Shown: positions 11,680 through 25,215 of the stretch, piece after piece | Position numbering within the stretch: position 1 is the stretch's first letter | How the letters are laid out: the number at the start of each line of letters is the position of its first letter | Assembly (NCBI GenBank): GCA_950097015.1 | Contig: CATNEN010000028.1 | Span: forward strand, 992,001-1,056,000 | Length of the DNA: 64,000 nucleotides | Direction: 5' to 3' | Source: Macrostomum hystrix | Lineage: Eukaryota; Animalia; Platyhelminthes | Made by a program: the position numbers and the translations under genes | Notes under the pieces: generated by a model | Databases searched by the model: none | Seen by the model: only the letters and a program-made list of their open reading frames with translations | What the model was told of the DNA's origin: nothing

Positions 11680-11752
11680 GTTGTGCAAGAGTACGAGAGG
11701 GCTGTGATCTTTCGCCTGGGTCGCCTGATTGGTGGCGGCGCCAAGGGACCAG
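11680..11752 (+). CDS. STOM: Stomatin exon 3
   Basis: [24 protein letters not shown]; AG/GT boundaries. Confidence 0.95.
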
Positions 11753-11792
11753 GTGAGTAGCTTATTAGAACTGTTGCACAATTTAACTGCCC

Positions 11793-11884
11793 ATGTACTT
11801 TTAGGACAGATAATGTACTTTTAGGACAGATAATGTACTTTTAGGACAGATAATGTACTTTTAGGACGGATAATGTACTTTTAG
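11793..11884. repeat. 20-bp tandem repeat (atgtacttttaggacagata), ~4.5 copies
   Basis: Seen directly. Confidence 0.9.
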
Positions 11885-12649
11885 AGTGGACTCACTGGAG
11901 GACAGGGGTAGTAGGGTAGTAGATAGAGGGTGTCGTAGGGTAGTAGATGGAGGGTATCGTGGGTTAGTAGACGGAGGGTATCATCGGTTAGTAGATAGAG
12001 AATGTTGCAAGGTAGTAGAATTAGTGGGTCTTTGAGTAGTGCTCTCAAACAAGCTTCTTTTTTAAGTCGATTGCCGCTGCTGAAAATTTCCGAGCGTATA
12101 AAAAACAGCCAACACAGAAAAGCATTCTAGTCGACAAGAAAGACACAGTATTAGCAGAAAAAATCTGGATTTGCTGCAGTGGGGGCGGATTATCTTCGGC
12201 TGACAAAGAGGCAGAGATGACGATGCGAGGACTGAGAGAGAGAGAGAGAGAAGGAACGACATGGCCAATGTGAAACGGAACGGCCCAATTCTCGAACTCT
12301 ATCATATTTCTCTGCATAGTGGCTATTGAGCGAATGAAAAACACAATGGGGCTAATTAATGCCTAGTTGTGTGCGCGTGTATTTTTCTGTAATTCGCGGC
12401 TCAGGTATGCTCATATAGAGATGAGAATTATTTATTGTCATATTTGTTTCCTAGAAAGGCTGTACTGTTTTTGTATGTACCAACTCTAAAATTGATACAT
12501 CCGCTCTCAAATGTACCAACAATGTCTGGTGTAGCCATGCCTAATGCTTACTTGGGTCTGATGTTTTTTAGTCGCCTGATGTATTCGCATGTCTGATATG
12601 CCAATTTGTTTTAAAATTATTCCTTGGATTTGTGACTTGTGACGTATTT

Positions 12650-13225
12650 TAGTGTGTCTTATGTACGATGTCTGATGTGTTTTATGTACTCATGTGTATC
12701 TTATGTACAATGTCTGATGTGTTCTATGCACTCATGTGTATCTTATGTACGATGTCTGATGTGTTTTATGTACTCATGTGTATCTTATGTACAATGTCTG
12801 ATGTGTTTTATGTACTCATGTGTATCTTATGTACAATTTCTGATGTGTTCTATGCACTCATGTGTATCTTATGTACGATGTCTGATGTGTTTTATGTACT
12901 CATGTGTATCTTATGTACAATGTCTGATGTGTTCTATGCACTCATGTGTATCTTATGTACGATGTCTGATGTGTTTTATGTACTCATGTGTATCTTATGT
13001 ACGATGTCTGATGTGTTTTATGCACTCATGTGTATCTTATGTACGATGTCTGATGTGTTTTATGTACTCATGTGTATCTTATGTACGATGTCTGATGTGT
13101 TTTATGCACTCATGTGTATCTTATGTACGATGTCTGATGTGTTTTATGTACTCATGTGTATCTTATGTACGATGTCTGTTGTGTTTTATGCACTCATGTG
13201 TATCTTATGTACGATGTCTGTTGTG
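12650..13225. repeat. 42-bp minisatellite, stomatin intron 3
   Basis: tcatgtgtatcttatgtacgatgtctgatgtgttttatgtac units; explains the 14-aa periodic ORFs. Confidence 0.95.
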
Positions 13226-13650
13226 TTCTCTACATGCGTGTTGGCCTCTATTTGTGTTTCAGATTAAAAATAAATCTGGATTTTGATTTGAGCACAGCTT
13301 GCTTGAGTACAGTTAAATTTCGTCAATTACTTCGGCTCTAACCCGCTAAAAGCCAAAGTTAAACATTTGCCCAAACATAGAAGATACGGAATAGAACATA
13401 TGGGCTCAAATTGAGTTAATTTTCATATCTTGTTCGGCAGTCGAATCGATGTTCTTGTCTTCCCTCCTATTACCGCCCCCATGAATAGCTGACAAGATTG
13501 CAGCCAGATTTACATGAAAGCCGAAGCACTAACTAACCACCAGGCAACATTGGGAAGGAGAGGATGCTACTAAGAGGCTCACCAAGGCTTTGTAGACTAG
13601 AACCGTCTTACTCGCACTTTTTTCTCCCTCCTCGGACAAAACTCTCTCAG

Positions 13651-13733
13651 GAATTTTCTTTGTACTGCCCTGCATCGAGAGCTACAGCAAGGTGGACCTG
13701 CGGACTGTCTCGTTCGATGTGCCACCACAGGAG
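13651..13733 (+). CDS. STOM: Stomatin exon 4
   Basis: GIFFVLPCIESYSKVDLRTVSFDVPPQE. Confidence 0.95.
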
Positions 13734-13789
13734 GTGAGTAGCTCATTTTATCTGGGATTTCTCAACCCGTGTATTTAGATACTAGATTC

Positions 13790-14300
13790 TAATTGAGAGG
13801 GGAATCCCTCTGTTCAGGAATCTACAGCAAGGAGAATCTCCCGTAGAAGACTGCATGGAAAAGGGAATCCCTCTTTCCTAGATTCTAATGGAGAGGCGAA
13901 TCCCTTCTTACTAAATTCCATCGGAAAGGGGAATCCCTCCAAACAAGATTAAATAATCGAGGGAATCCCTTTGAACAAAAGTTTAAAATCGAGGGTGATT
14001 CCCCTGAACAAGAGTTTAAAATCGAGGGGAATCCCTCCGAGCAAGAGTTTAAAATCGAGGGGAATCCCTCCGAGCAAGAGATTAAAATCGAGGGGAATCC
14101 CTCCGAGCAAGAGTTTAAAATCGAGGGGAATCCCCTGAACAAGAGTTTAAAATCGAGGGGAATCCCCTGAACAAGGGTTGAAAATCGAAGGGAATCCCCT
14201 GAACAAGGGTTGAAAATCGAGGGAATCCCTCTTTACTAAATTATTTAGTAGAGGGGAATCCCTTTACATTCGATTACAGTGAAGGGAATCCCTCTTTACC
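13790..14300. repeat. ~33-bp minisatellite (aaaatcgaggggaatccc core), stomatin intron 4
   Basis: Seen directly; degenerate at the edges. Confidence 0.88.
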
Positions 14301-14390
14301 AGCTTGATGAAAGATTCATAAGTATTTGATGAAAACTCCAAGTGAAAAACGTAGACAACTTTAATTTGAGCAAATCGCAAACTCGCCCAG

Positions 14391-14594
14391 GTGCTCACCA
14401 AGGACTCGGTGACCGTCAGCGTGGACGCTGTCGTGTACTATCGCGTCTCCAACGCCACGGTGTCCGTGGCCAATGTGGAGAACGCACATCATTCGACCCG
14501 CCTGCTGGCCCAGACCACGCTTAGAAATGTACTCGGCACCAAGAATCTTGCCGAAATTCTATCCGAGAGGGAGAACATCAGTAACTCCATGCAG
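14391..14594 (+). CDS. STOM: Stomatin exon 5
   Basis: VLTKDSVTVSVDAVVYYRV...LLAQTTLRNVLGTKNLAEILSERENISNSMQ. Confidence 0.96.
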
Positions 14595-14859
14595 GTCAGC
14601 GCGTGCTTATTGTATAGCTTCTGTCATTATTCCAATTCAGTTTTCTATTCGTTAGGCCATAGTTGAAGGTATAATTGAAAACGGGCGAGGCTGGGATAAA
14701 TTAACGGCCTAGTTTCCCACGGCTAAGCAGAACTTCTTTGGGAATGCCAGATGGCGCGGGGAAAACTGGCGTGACCAATACGCCCCTCCTCTTCCCATCT
14801 CCTGACACACGCATATTTCTTTCTCCCTCCACTCCCAAACATCCCCACTCCGCTCTCCA

Positions 14860-15300
14860 TTCTCTTCTATCCGCTCCTCACTCTCCACAGCTCTCTGATC
14901 TCATCTATCCGCTCTCCACTCTCCTCTATCCGCTCTTCACTCTCCTCTATCCGCTCTCCACTCTACTCTATCCGCTCTCCACTCTCCTCTATCCGCTCTC
15001 TAATCTTCTCTATCCGCTCTCCACTTTACTCTATCCGCTCTCCAATCTTCTCTATCCGCTCTCCAATCTTCTCTATCCGCTCTCCAATCTTCTCTATCCG
15101 CTCTCCAATCTTCTCTATCCGCTCTCCAATCTTCTCTATCCGCTCTCCAATCTTCTCTATCCACTCTCCAATCTTCTCTATCCGCTCTCCAATCTTCTCT
15201 ATCCGCTCTCCAATCTTCTCTATCCGCTCTTCACTCTCGCCAATCCGCTGTCCACTCTCCTCTATCCGCTCACCATTCTCCTCTACTCTACTCTACTCCA
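14860..15300. repeat. 21-bp pyrimidine-rich minisatellite (ctctatccgctctccaatctt)
   Basis: Seen directly. Confidence 0.93.
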
Positions 15301-16117
15301 CTTTAACTCTCCTTTCTATATATAAGACTACGAAAGACTGCCTATATCTGCTATTTAATTTTCACTTCCGCTGACTGACACGATCGCCACCTGTTGTTTC
15401 TCATATAGTTTCTAAACCCTTTGCCCTGTCCGATACAATCCATCTAATTAAGAATGTACTTTTAACTAAAATCCAAGCTGAAGTCCTGCGGTCGTCGATG
15501 ATGCGTCTGGGACAGACCGGAAGAATGTCAGCAGTTTTTTTGTTTCATCAAATATCGATCAGTCACTCCTGTTGTAGTCAATGCGCCGAGACACTTATTG
15601 ACGTCTGCGCTGAAAAGTGCATTTGAGTGTGCTGTTCCACTAAGTGCTCTCTCTCTCTCTCTCTTATTCATACTTTCATTAAATATTTTCTTCCCGTGTC
15701 GCTCAAAACAAGCGAACAAAAAAAATTTGACATAATGCAAACACTACTGGCTGCCCAGGTGAAAGTAACCTCGGGTTTTCTTGCTACGTTGGGCATTCTA
15801 CTTCGCATATTATTATTTATTCAATAGGTAAATATCAGCATTAGCAATAGCCTTATAACGATTGCTACTCAGCGGTTGGTCCTTTTTTTCTCAGGGAAAA
15901 ATCTTAAAAAATGAATAGAGAGGAAAGATAGAACGAATGCATGAATTTAATCTGCATTTGGCTCACGGACTCATGCCACAGACTCAAGGTGAGGATAACG
16001 ACAAGCTTTTGATGATGAAAATGTCAAATCCAGAAACTAGCCGAACTGACCAGAGACAAAAATGAGTTTATCCCGTGCTCAAACTGTGAGCATGATAAAA
16101 TTAGATAAGGGAATTCA

Positions 16118-19100
16118 GTGGGAAGAGGAATGAGTAGGGAATAGAAATGAGTAGGGAATAGAAATGAGTAGGGAATAAAAATAAGTAGGGAATAAAAATG
16201 AGTAGGGAATAGAAATGAGTAGAGAATAGAAATGAGTAGGGAATAAAAATGAGTAGGGAATAGAAATGAGTAGGGAATATAAATAAGTGAGGAATAAAAA
16301 TGAGTAGGGAATAGAAATGAGTAGGGAAGAGGAATGAGTAGGGAATAGAAATGAGTCGGGAATAAAAATGAGTAGGGAATATTAATAAGTAGGGAATAAA
16401 AATGAGTAGGGAATATAAATAAGTATGGAATAAAAATGAGTAGGGAATAGAAATAAGTAGGGAATAGAAATGAGTAGGGAATAGAAATGAGTAGGGAATA
16501 GAAATGAGTAGGGAATAAAAATGAGTAGGGAATTAAAATGAGTAGGGAATATAAATAAGTAGGGAATAAAAATAAGTAGGGAATAAAAATGAGTAGGGAA
16601 TATAAAAATGAGTAGGGAATAGAAATGAGTAGGGAATAGAAATGAGTAGGGAATAGAAATGAGTAGGGAATAGAAATGAGTAGGGAATAGAAATGAGTAG
16701 GGAAGAGGAATGAGTAGGGAATAGAAATGAGTCGGGAATAAAAATGAGTAGGGAATATTAATAAGTAGGGAATAAAAATGAGTAGGGAATATAAATAAGT
16801 ATGGAATAAAAATGAGTAGGGAATAAAAATGAGTAGGGAATATAAATAAGTAGGGAATAGAAATGAGTAGGGAATAGAAATGAGTAGGGAATAAAAATGA
16901 GTAGGGAATTAAAATGAGTAGGGAATATAAATAAGTAGGGAATAAAAATGAGTAGGGAATAGAAATGAGTAGGGAATAGAAATGAGTAGGGAATAGAAAT
17001 GAGTAGAGAATAGAAATGAGTAGGGAATAAAAATGAGTAGGGAATAGAAATGAGTAGGGAATATAAATAAGTAGGGAATAAAAATGAGTAGGGAATAGAA
17101 ATGAGTAGGGAAGAGGAATGAGTAGGGAATAGAAATGAGTAGGGAATAGAAATGAGTCGGGAATAAAAATGAGTAGGGAATATAAATAAGTAGGGAATAA
17201 AAATGAGTAGGGAATATAAATAAGTATGGAATAAAAATGAGTAGGGAATAGAAATGAGTAGGGAATATAAATAAGTAGGGAATAAAAATGAGTAGGGAAT
17301 AGAAATAAGTATGGAATAAAAATGAGTAGGGAATAAAAATGAGTAGGGAATATAAATAAGTAGGGAATAGAAATGAGTAGGGAATAGAAATGAGTAGGGA
17401 AGAGAAATGAGTAGGGAATAGAAATGAGTAGGGAAGAGGAATAAGTAGGGAATAGAAATGAGTAGGGAATAAAAATTAGTAGGGAATATAAATAAGTAGG
17501 GAATAGAAATGAGTAGGGAAGAGGAATAAGTAGGGAATAGAAATGAGTAGGGAATAGAAATGAGTAGGGAATAGAAATGAGTAGGGAATAGAAATGAATA
17601 GGGAAGAGGAATGAGTAGGGAATAGAAATGAGTATGGAATAGAAATGAGTAGGGAATAAAAATAAGTAGGGGATAAAAATGAGTAGGGAATAGAAATGAG
17701 TAGGGAATAGAAATGAGTAGGGAATAGAAATGAGTAGGGAATAGAAATGAGTAGGGAATAGAAATGAGTAGGGAATAGAAATGAGTAGGGAAGAGGAATG
17801 AGTAGGGAATAGAAATGAGTCGGGAATAAAAATAAGTATGGAATAAAAATGAGTAGGGAATAAAAATGAGTAGGGAATATAAATAAGTAGGGAATAGAAA
17901 TGAGTAGGGAATAGAAATGAGTAGGGAATAAAAATGAGTAGGGAATTAAAATGAGTAGGGAATATAAATAAGTAGGGAATAAAAATGAGTAGGGAATAGA
18001 AATGAGTAGGGAATAGAAATGAGTAGGGAATAGAAATGAGTAGAGAATAGAAATGAGTAGGGAATAAAAATGAGTAGGGAATAGAAATGAGTAGGGAATA
18101 TAAATAAGTAGGGAATAAAAATGAGTAGGGAATAGAAATGAGTAGGGAAGAGGAATGAGTAGGGAATAGAAATGAGTAGGGAATAGAAATGAGTCGGGAA
18201 TAAAAATGAGTAGGGAATATAAATAAGTAGGGAATAAAAATGAGTAGGGAATATAAATAAGTATGGAATAAAAATGAGTAGGGAATAGAAATGAGTAGGG
18301 AATATAAATAAGTAGGGAATAAAAATGAGTAGGGAATAGAAATAAGTATGGAATAAAAATGAGTAGGGAATAAAAATGAGTAGGGAATATAAATAAGTAG
18401 GGAATAGAAATGAGTAGGGAATAGAAATGAGTAGGGAAGAGGAATGAGTAGGGAATAGAAATGAGTAGGGAAGAGGAATAAGTAGGGAATAGAAATGAGT
18501 AGGGAATAAAAATTAGTAGGGAATATAAATAAGTAGGGAATAGAAATGAGTAGGGAAGAGGAATAAGTAGGGAATAGAAATGAGTAGGGAATAGAAATGA
18601 GTAGGGAATAGAAATGAGTAGGGAATAGAAATGAATAGGGAAGAGGAATGAGTAGGGAATAGAAATGAGTAGGGAATAGAAATGAGTAGGGAATAAAAAT
18701 AAGTAGGGAATAAAAATGAGTAGGGAATAGAAATGAGTAGGGAATAGAAATGAGTAGGGAATAGAAATGAGTAGAGAATAGAAATGAGTAGGGAATTAAA
18801 ATGAGTAGAGAATATAAATAAGTAGGGAATAAAACTGAGTAGGGAATAGAAATGAGTAGGGAATAGAAATGAGTAGGGAATAGAAATGAGTAGAGAATAG
18901 AAATTAGTAGGGAATAGAAATGAGTAGGGAATAAAAATGAGTAGGGAATATAAATAAGTAGGGAATAAAAATGAGTAGGGAATAGAAATGAGTAGGGAAT
19001 AGAAATGAGTAGGGAATAGAAATGAGTAGAGAATAGAAATTAGTAGGGAATAGAAATGAGTAGGGAATAGAAATGAGTAGGGAATAAAAATAAGTAGGGA

Positions 19101-19478
19101 ATAAAAATGAGTAGGGAATAGAAATGAGTGGGGAAGAGGAATGAGTAGGGAATAGAAATGAGTAGGGAAGAGGAATGAGTAGGGAATAGAAATGATTAGG
19201 GATTAAAAATGAGTAGGGAATATAAATAAGTAGGGAATAAAAATGAGTAGGGAATAGAAATGAGTAGGGAATAGAAATGAGTAGGGAAGAGGAATGAGTA
19301 GGGAGTAGAAATGAGTAGGGATTAAAAATGAGTAGGGAATATAAATAAGTAGGGAATAAAAATGAGTAGGGAATAGAAATGAGTAGGGAATAGAAATGAG
19401 TAGGGAAGAGGAATGAGTAGGGAGTAGAAATGAGTAGGGAATAAAAATGAGTAGGGAAGAGGAATGGGTAGGGAAGAG
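16118..19478. repeat. 17-bp purine-rich satellite (gagtagggaatagaaat), ~3.4 kb
   Basis: Seen directly. Confidence 0.97.
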
Positions 19479-20229
19479 TCCATAGGATGAAATGCTGAAT
19501 ATATGAAGATGATAACACAATAAATTTAATGTGAAATTTGCGTATGCGCAGGAAACGAGTCAAAAAGTACAAAAAAATTATTGAGATTGACAGGTGGATT
19601 ATATTTTGCCTAATATTTCGAGCATGATCCCGTAAAATAGATCCAGATTTTAATGTCAATCGACCCGGCATAACAGAGCCCTCAAATTGCAAATAAATAT
19701 CGATTTCTCTAATCCTTGTGTCTAAGTCACATTTTTGTTATATAAAAGGCACGATCAAACACGGCATCAGATGGATCAGGTAAGGAGTGAAACGTGATGT
19801 CGCTCTTTATTTTTCGCAGCAAAAAGAGAGCAGAAGCAAGAGATATATATATATTTGCATATGTAGGTGTGGAGAGAGACAGAAAAAAAACATAAGCAGA
19901 AAATTTCAGGAAGCAGGTAAAGTCACGTCGAGGCGTCTAACAAGGGTGGAGGCTCTCATTGGGGTTCGCTGGCTCGATCCCAAACTCGAGCGGAAGGCCT
20001 GGAAGGAGTAGCTGGGGAGGAGAGACCAACTCGCTTCTTCCGCTCACAAGCCGAGTGAAAAATCCAATTTCTTATGTGTATGGAGAAAGAAGAGTCGAAG
20101 GACTCAGCCAGCAAGAGAAAACGACACTCGCTGAGAAAGTTTCCAACAGCTTCGCTCTGCAGCCTTTGCTCAGGGGAATCGGCTTTGAACTTTTATTCTG
20201 AGTCGCCTTGCTCATGGAACTTGGTTATT

Positions 20230-20790
20230 AGATTCTTGGAAATGAGGGGGAGATGAAGATGGTGGAATGAGATTCTTGGAAATGAGGGGGAGATGAAGAT
20301 GGTGGAATGAGATTCTTGGAAATGAGGGGGAGATGAAGATGGTGGAATGAGATTCTTGGAAATGAGGGGGAGATGAAGATGGTGGAATAAGATTCTTGGA
20401 AATGAGGGGGAGATGAAGATGGTGGAATGAGATTCTTGGAAATGAGTTTGAGATGAAGATAGTGGAATGAGATTCTTGGAAATGAGGCGTGAGATGAAGA
20501 TGGTGGAATGAGATTCTTGAAAATGAGGCGTGAGAGGAAGATGGTGGAATGAGATTCTTGGAAATGAGGCGTGAGAGGAAGATGGTGGAATGAGATTCTT
20601 GGAAATGAGTTTGAGATGAAGATGGTGGAATGAGATTCTTGGAAATGAGTTTGAGATGAAGATGGTGGAATGAGATTCTTGGAAATGAGGCGTGAGATGA
20701 AGATGGTGGAATGAGATTCTTGGAAATGAGGGTTGAGATGGAATGGTAAAATGAGATTCTTGGAAATGAGGGTGAGATGAAGATGAGAAG
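20230..20790. repeat. 40-bp minisatellite (gagattcttggaaatgagggggagatgaagatggtggaat)
   Basis: Seen directly. Confidence 0.95.
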
Positions 20791-23700
20791 ATAAGGAAGG
20801 AAATATGAGATTAAGGAAGTAAGGAAGTGAGAAGAGCCTGCTCGGACTGAAAGGTGAGATGACGGAGGCTTTAAGGGCCCAGTGCGAGTCGCCCTGTAGC
20901 CTACCATTGGCAGTAGGAGTGCGCACTGATGTTATAGACTAAAGGAGTGTCCAGCAGGAAATGTGAAATCGGAGAAGTGAAGTTGCCGCGATCTCTCATA
21001 CTCAGCTGTTCAGCCCCCACGCGCCGAAATTGTGCCAAGGAAATATGAGATGGAGCTGGCACCTCGGAATTCAATGAGTTGAATTCAATGTGCTAGCCCC
21101 TATATGAGCGTATGCAGTATGTATATAATATGTATAGTAATTCTTTCTTTTTAATTCCCAATTTAAATCCGTCATAAGAAGTCGTGACTGCAGCTCTGCG
21201 GATGAAGTTCTCTAATGCTATATCTCATTTTATTCGCTAGGCAGGCGATAAGTCTAATTATTTCTGGTCGCAGCGAGAGAGACTGCGGAGAGACACTTCG
21301 GACAGTCAGTTAGTCGTATAGCAATTTTCCACATGCAATTCTCCCATTGGCTCTGTTTCTGAAAGATATTTTGCTGTACGGATAAAATAGTAGCTTTTCT
21401 ATAAATCGATCTTAAAGTTGGGTCATGTTATTTGGCGTGCAGGGGAAAGAGGAGTGACAGAAAAAGAGAACGCGGACTCAGGCCTGGAGACTGGCGGGCT
21501 GTACGGACTCGCAATTAGGTTCGCGGCGGAGCTGACTGCTCCAAATTTGATTTCTGTTTTTTTCCCTCTTCCTATCTGCCCACCGGAGTTATGATGCCAA
21601 GTCGCAGCGGTAGTATGGGCCAGCTTTTGCTTAAACTTATCGACAATGTACTTTTGTTCCAATTTTTCTTCCAATAATTTCGCTTGCCTCTGCTGGCCTC
21701 CCTGTCTCTCTCTCTAACCCTGGGAGCGCTTTGCTAACCATTCCTCTTTAAAACACATTCTGCTTCGCAGCAGTAGCAGCATTTTCCCAAACATGCCATT
21801 GTCAATATTTTTCACCCATAGCAGACAAGCATATTGCTGCACCCAATGCACTGAGAGAATCATCGATCCAAAAACTTGGATCCCGTCGGTAGTTTGGCAC
21901 AAAGGAATTTTACAGGTCCATTGTCTGGTCCCATTTCCATGGGTCCTTCAAGTCAGTTTCACCGTGGCCTAAGAGATGACTGTATTGAATGAATAATTTC
22001 AGCAGTGTTTTTTAGGCTTGGGTTCAAGTGTAAACACATTTTTGGGATTATATTAGTTTATAGTTGAAGAAACTACCTACAAAAGGGGGTTTTTGTTTTA
22101 GAAGTTAATCCCATTTTGTGATTTTAATAGCAGAAAAACTAAAAAAAAACACGATGCTCTGTTTATTAAATAAAAAGTATTCTTTGTTTCCATATATTTA
22201 TCGGAGATTTACTTGTGAAAAAAGAATAATTTGCTGATGGCATCTAGCTGGTAGATACTGAGAAGTAGACATTCAGAAATATATATTAAGAGGTAGATAG
22301 CGACAAGTAGAGATTTCAAAGCGGTAGAAATCGGAACACTGTCGAGAAGCTCGGATCAGAATTTTAATCCAGGAAGGCGAAATTCTTTCAACCAACACCT
22401 GCCAGTCATTCCATTTGCCTCTTAAGAAGGTTGTCTCTCTCCATGCACCTGGCTAAAGCTTGTTCTCGTCGGGAGCAAAAAGGACTCATTTCGCGGCTGC
22501 GAGATCTTGTGCTCAAAAATTCCTAATCGCCTGCTTTAAACACGTGACCGGAATGAAATTTTATACTGTGCTCAGCTTCCAGCTGCCGTGCTGCATCCAA
22601 TCTCTTAGCTTTCTGCTTCTAGCTATGTCATCGCTGGATTACAAAGAATCGTGTACAACAAGCCTTACTTCTTAATTCTTTATTCTGTTGTATTTAACAA
22701 CAAAAAAGGAGTAATAGTATTTTTATTTTTGTCTTTGTTGTAAGATAAACGGAAGAAAAAATGCTATAATTAATTGTATGAAAAATGTCGCGGCCATATA
22801 TATAATGATACAATCATATTTTTCTTCTTTTATTATCATATTTATTTCTGTTATTATTCTACTACTTTTGTTATTATTAATATTATAACTAAAAAAAATA
22901 TTTTAACTATTGTTTTTTTATTCTACTACTTTTATTTTTATTACTATTATGACTATCAAATAAATATCATCATAATTATTATTTTTAGTATGCGCGCGCA
23001 ATTAATTACAGGTGCTGAAATTTAATTTATATTTTCTTCGAAAGAATAACAGTTCACGAAATAAAGTGTGCGAAAGTGAGAATAAACCTTAAATCGTTTA
23101 GCAAAGAAACTAAAAAAATATATAAATATTTTACGCTTTTAATATTGTAATGAAAATACCTAAATGAATTATAAATTAGTCAATTATTGTGTTTGAAAAA
23201 CTAACGCATGTTACCAAGGAAACTAAAGTTGGCTTACACAGCAGTTGATCTGTTCAAGCTGCATTTAAAACAAGAAATTTATTTTGTTTTTTTTACCACA
23301 GCTGGCACTCTTTCGAGATCCTTTCCAAATAGTAGAGAAAGGCTTTTAAAAAACCCTACGACAAAAATAGGTTAGAGTAACTTGGATCAACTAAACAGCA
23401 GCACCTATTTGAAGTCACATGATTGCAGCCAAAGGCCGGAGATCTGTGTGCAAGCGAAAAACTAAAAGTACAAACACACTTGCCTGCCAGCCTCATCCAT
23501 CGACCTGGGATAGAACTCGAGCTTAGACTCTCAGTCTGAGCTGAGGTGACAGAATGCTATAGCCAGGAGAAAAGAAGTATTTTTGGAAGGCTTGCCCAAG
23601 CAGAGGAGAAAGTGGCCTTCAAGCTCCACCCACTCCATCGCCAGTCTCAGCGTCTACCCTCTCCTGCCCGTGTCAACACGTCTCATTGATCCGCTCCCCC

Positions 23701-24129
23701 TGCAGTTTTTCCCTCTCTCGGCTTCGACGAAGGCCACTCCATGTTCTGAAGCCGCCTGTTCCGTTTTTGGGCCATCCTTTTCGATGATGAGCCAGCGGGG
23801 AATTAGTGCGGGGATTCTGGCATGCCTAATGAGATACGAAAGAGAGGAAGAAAAAAGGGTTGAGTGGAAAGGTATTTGAGGCGGTGAGCGGGCCTGTGAA
23901 GTTCTTACACCGATGGGGTATTAGTTTTTACCTGGGAAGTAATAGCTGGCCGATTTAAATTTTGTCTGTCCAATAGAATAGTAGTAAAGAACTAATATCT
24001 AATACTGTTGGGCCAAATGTACAGCCTGTGTACAGCTGTTCAGTCCATGGACCCAAATATGAACCCCCCAGTTGATCCTGGTAATACATTGCACTAAAAT
24101 GCCAGTTGTTTTCGTCCAAAACACCGCAG

Positions 24130-24185
24130 GACATTCTGGCCAGCGCGACCGACTCCTGGGGCATCTGTGTTGAGCGAGTGGAGAT
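24130..24185 (+). CDS. STOM: Stomatin exon 6
   Basis: DILASATDSWGICVERVE(I); phases fit both neighbours. Confidence 0.92.
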
Positions 24186-24223
24186 GTAAGTCGAGTAGAA
24201 TACATCAACTCAGCCACCTCTCC

Positions 24224-24680
24224 CCACCTGACTCTCTCACCACCTGACTCTCTCACCAACTGACTCTCTCACCACCTGACTCTCACCACCTGACTCTCTC
24301 ACCAACTGACTCTCTCACCACCTGACTCTCTCACCACCTGACTCTCTCACCAACTGACTCTCTCACCACCTGACTCTCTCACCAACTGACTCTCTCACCA
24401 CCTGACTCTCTCACCACCTGACTCTCTCACCACCTGACTCTCTCACCAACTGACTCTCTCACCAACTGACTCTCTCACCACCTGACTCTCTCACCACCTG
24501 ACTCTCTCACCACCTGACTCTCTCACCAACTGACTCTCTCACCACCTGACTCTCTCACCACCTGACTCTCTCACCACCTGACTCTCTCACCACCTGACTC
24601 TCTCACCACCTGACTCTCTCACCACCTGACTCTCTCACCAACTGACTCTCTCACCACCTGACTCTCTCACCACCTGACTC
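24224..24680. repeat. 16-bp minisatellite (cacctgactctctcac) filling stomatin intron 6
   Basis: Seen directly. Confidence 0.96.
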
Positions 24681-24686
24681 TTCTAG

Positions 24687-24765
24687 CAAGGACGTCCGCC
24701 TGCCAGTCCAGCTGCAGAGGGTTATGGCCGCCGAAGCTGAAGCGGATCGTGAGGCTCGGGCCAAA
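24687..24765 (+). CDS. STOM: Stomatin exon 7
   Basis: KDVRLPVQLQRVMAAEAEADREARAK. Confidence 0.95.
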
Positions 24766-24848
24766 GTGAGTCTTTAAACATTTTATACCCCGGGGCCAGG
24801 TTTCTGTGTCTGACCTTCTGCTTTACTTGCCACATTATTTTCTCTATA

Positions 24849-25215
24849 ACCTCACCACTTTACTCTCTCCAACCTCACCACTGTACTCTCTCCAACCTCA
24901 CCACTGTACTCTCTCCAACCTCACCACTGTACTCTCTCCAACCTCACCACTGTACTCTCTCCAACCTCACCACTGTACTCTCTCCAACCTCACCACTTTA
25001 CTCTCTCCAACCTCACCACTTTACTCTCTCCAACATCACCACTTTACTCTCTCCAACATCACCACTTTACTCTCTCCAACCTCACCACTTTACTCTCTCC
25101 AACCTCACCACTTTACTCTCTCCAACATCACCACTTTACTCTCTCCAACCTCACCACTTTACTCTCTCCAACCTCACCACTTTACTCTCTCCAACCTCAC
25201 CACTTTACTCTCTCA
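24849..25215. repeat. 23-bp minisatellite (ctctctccaacctcaccacttta)
   Basis: Seen directly. Confidence 0.94.
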
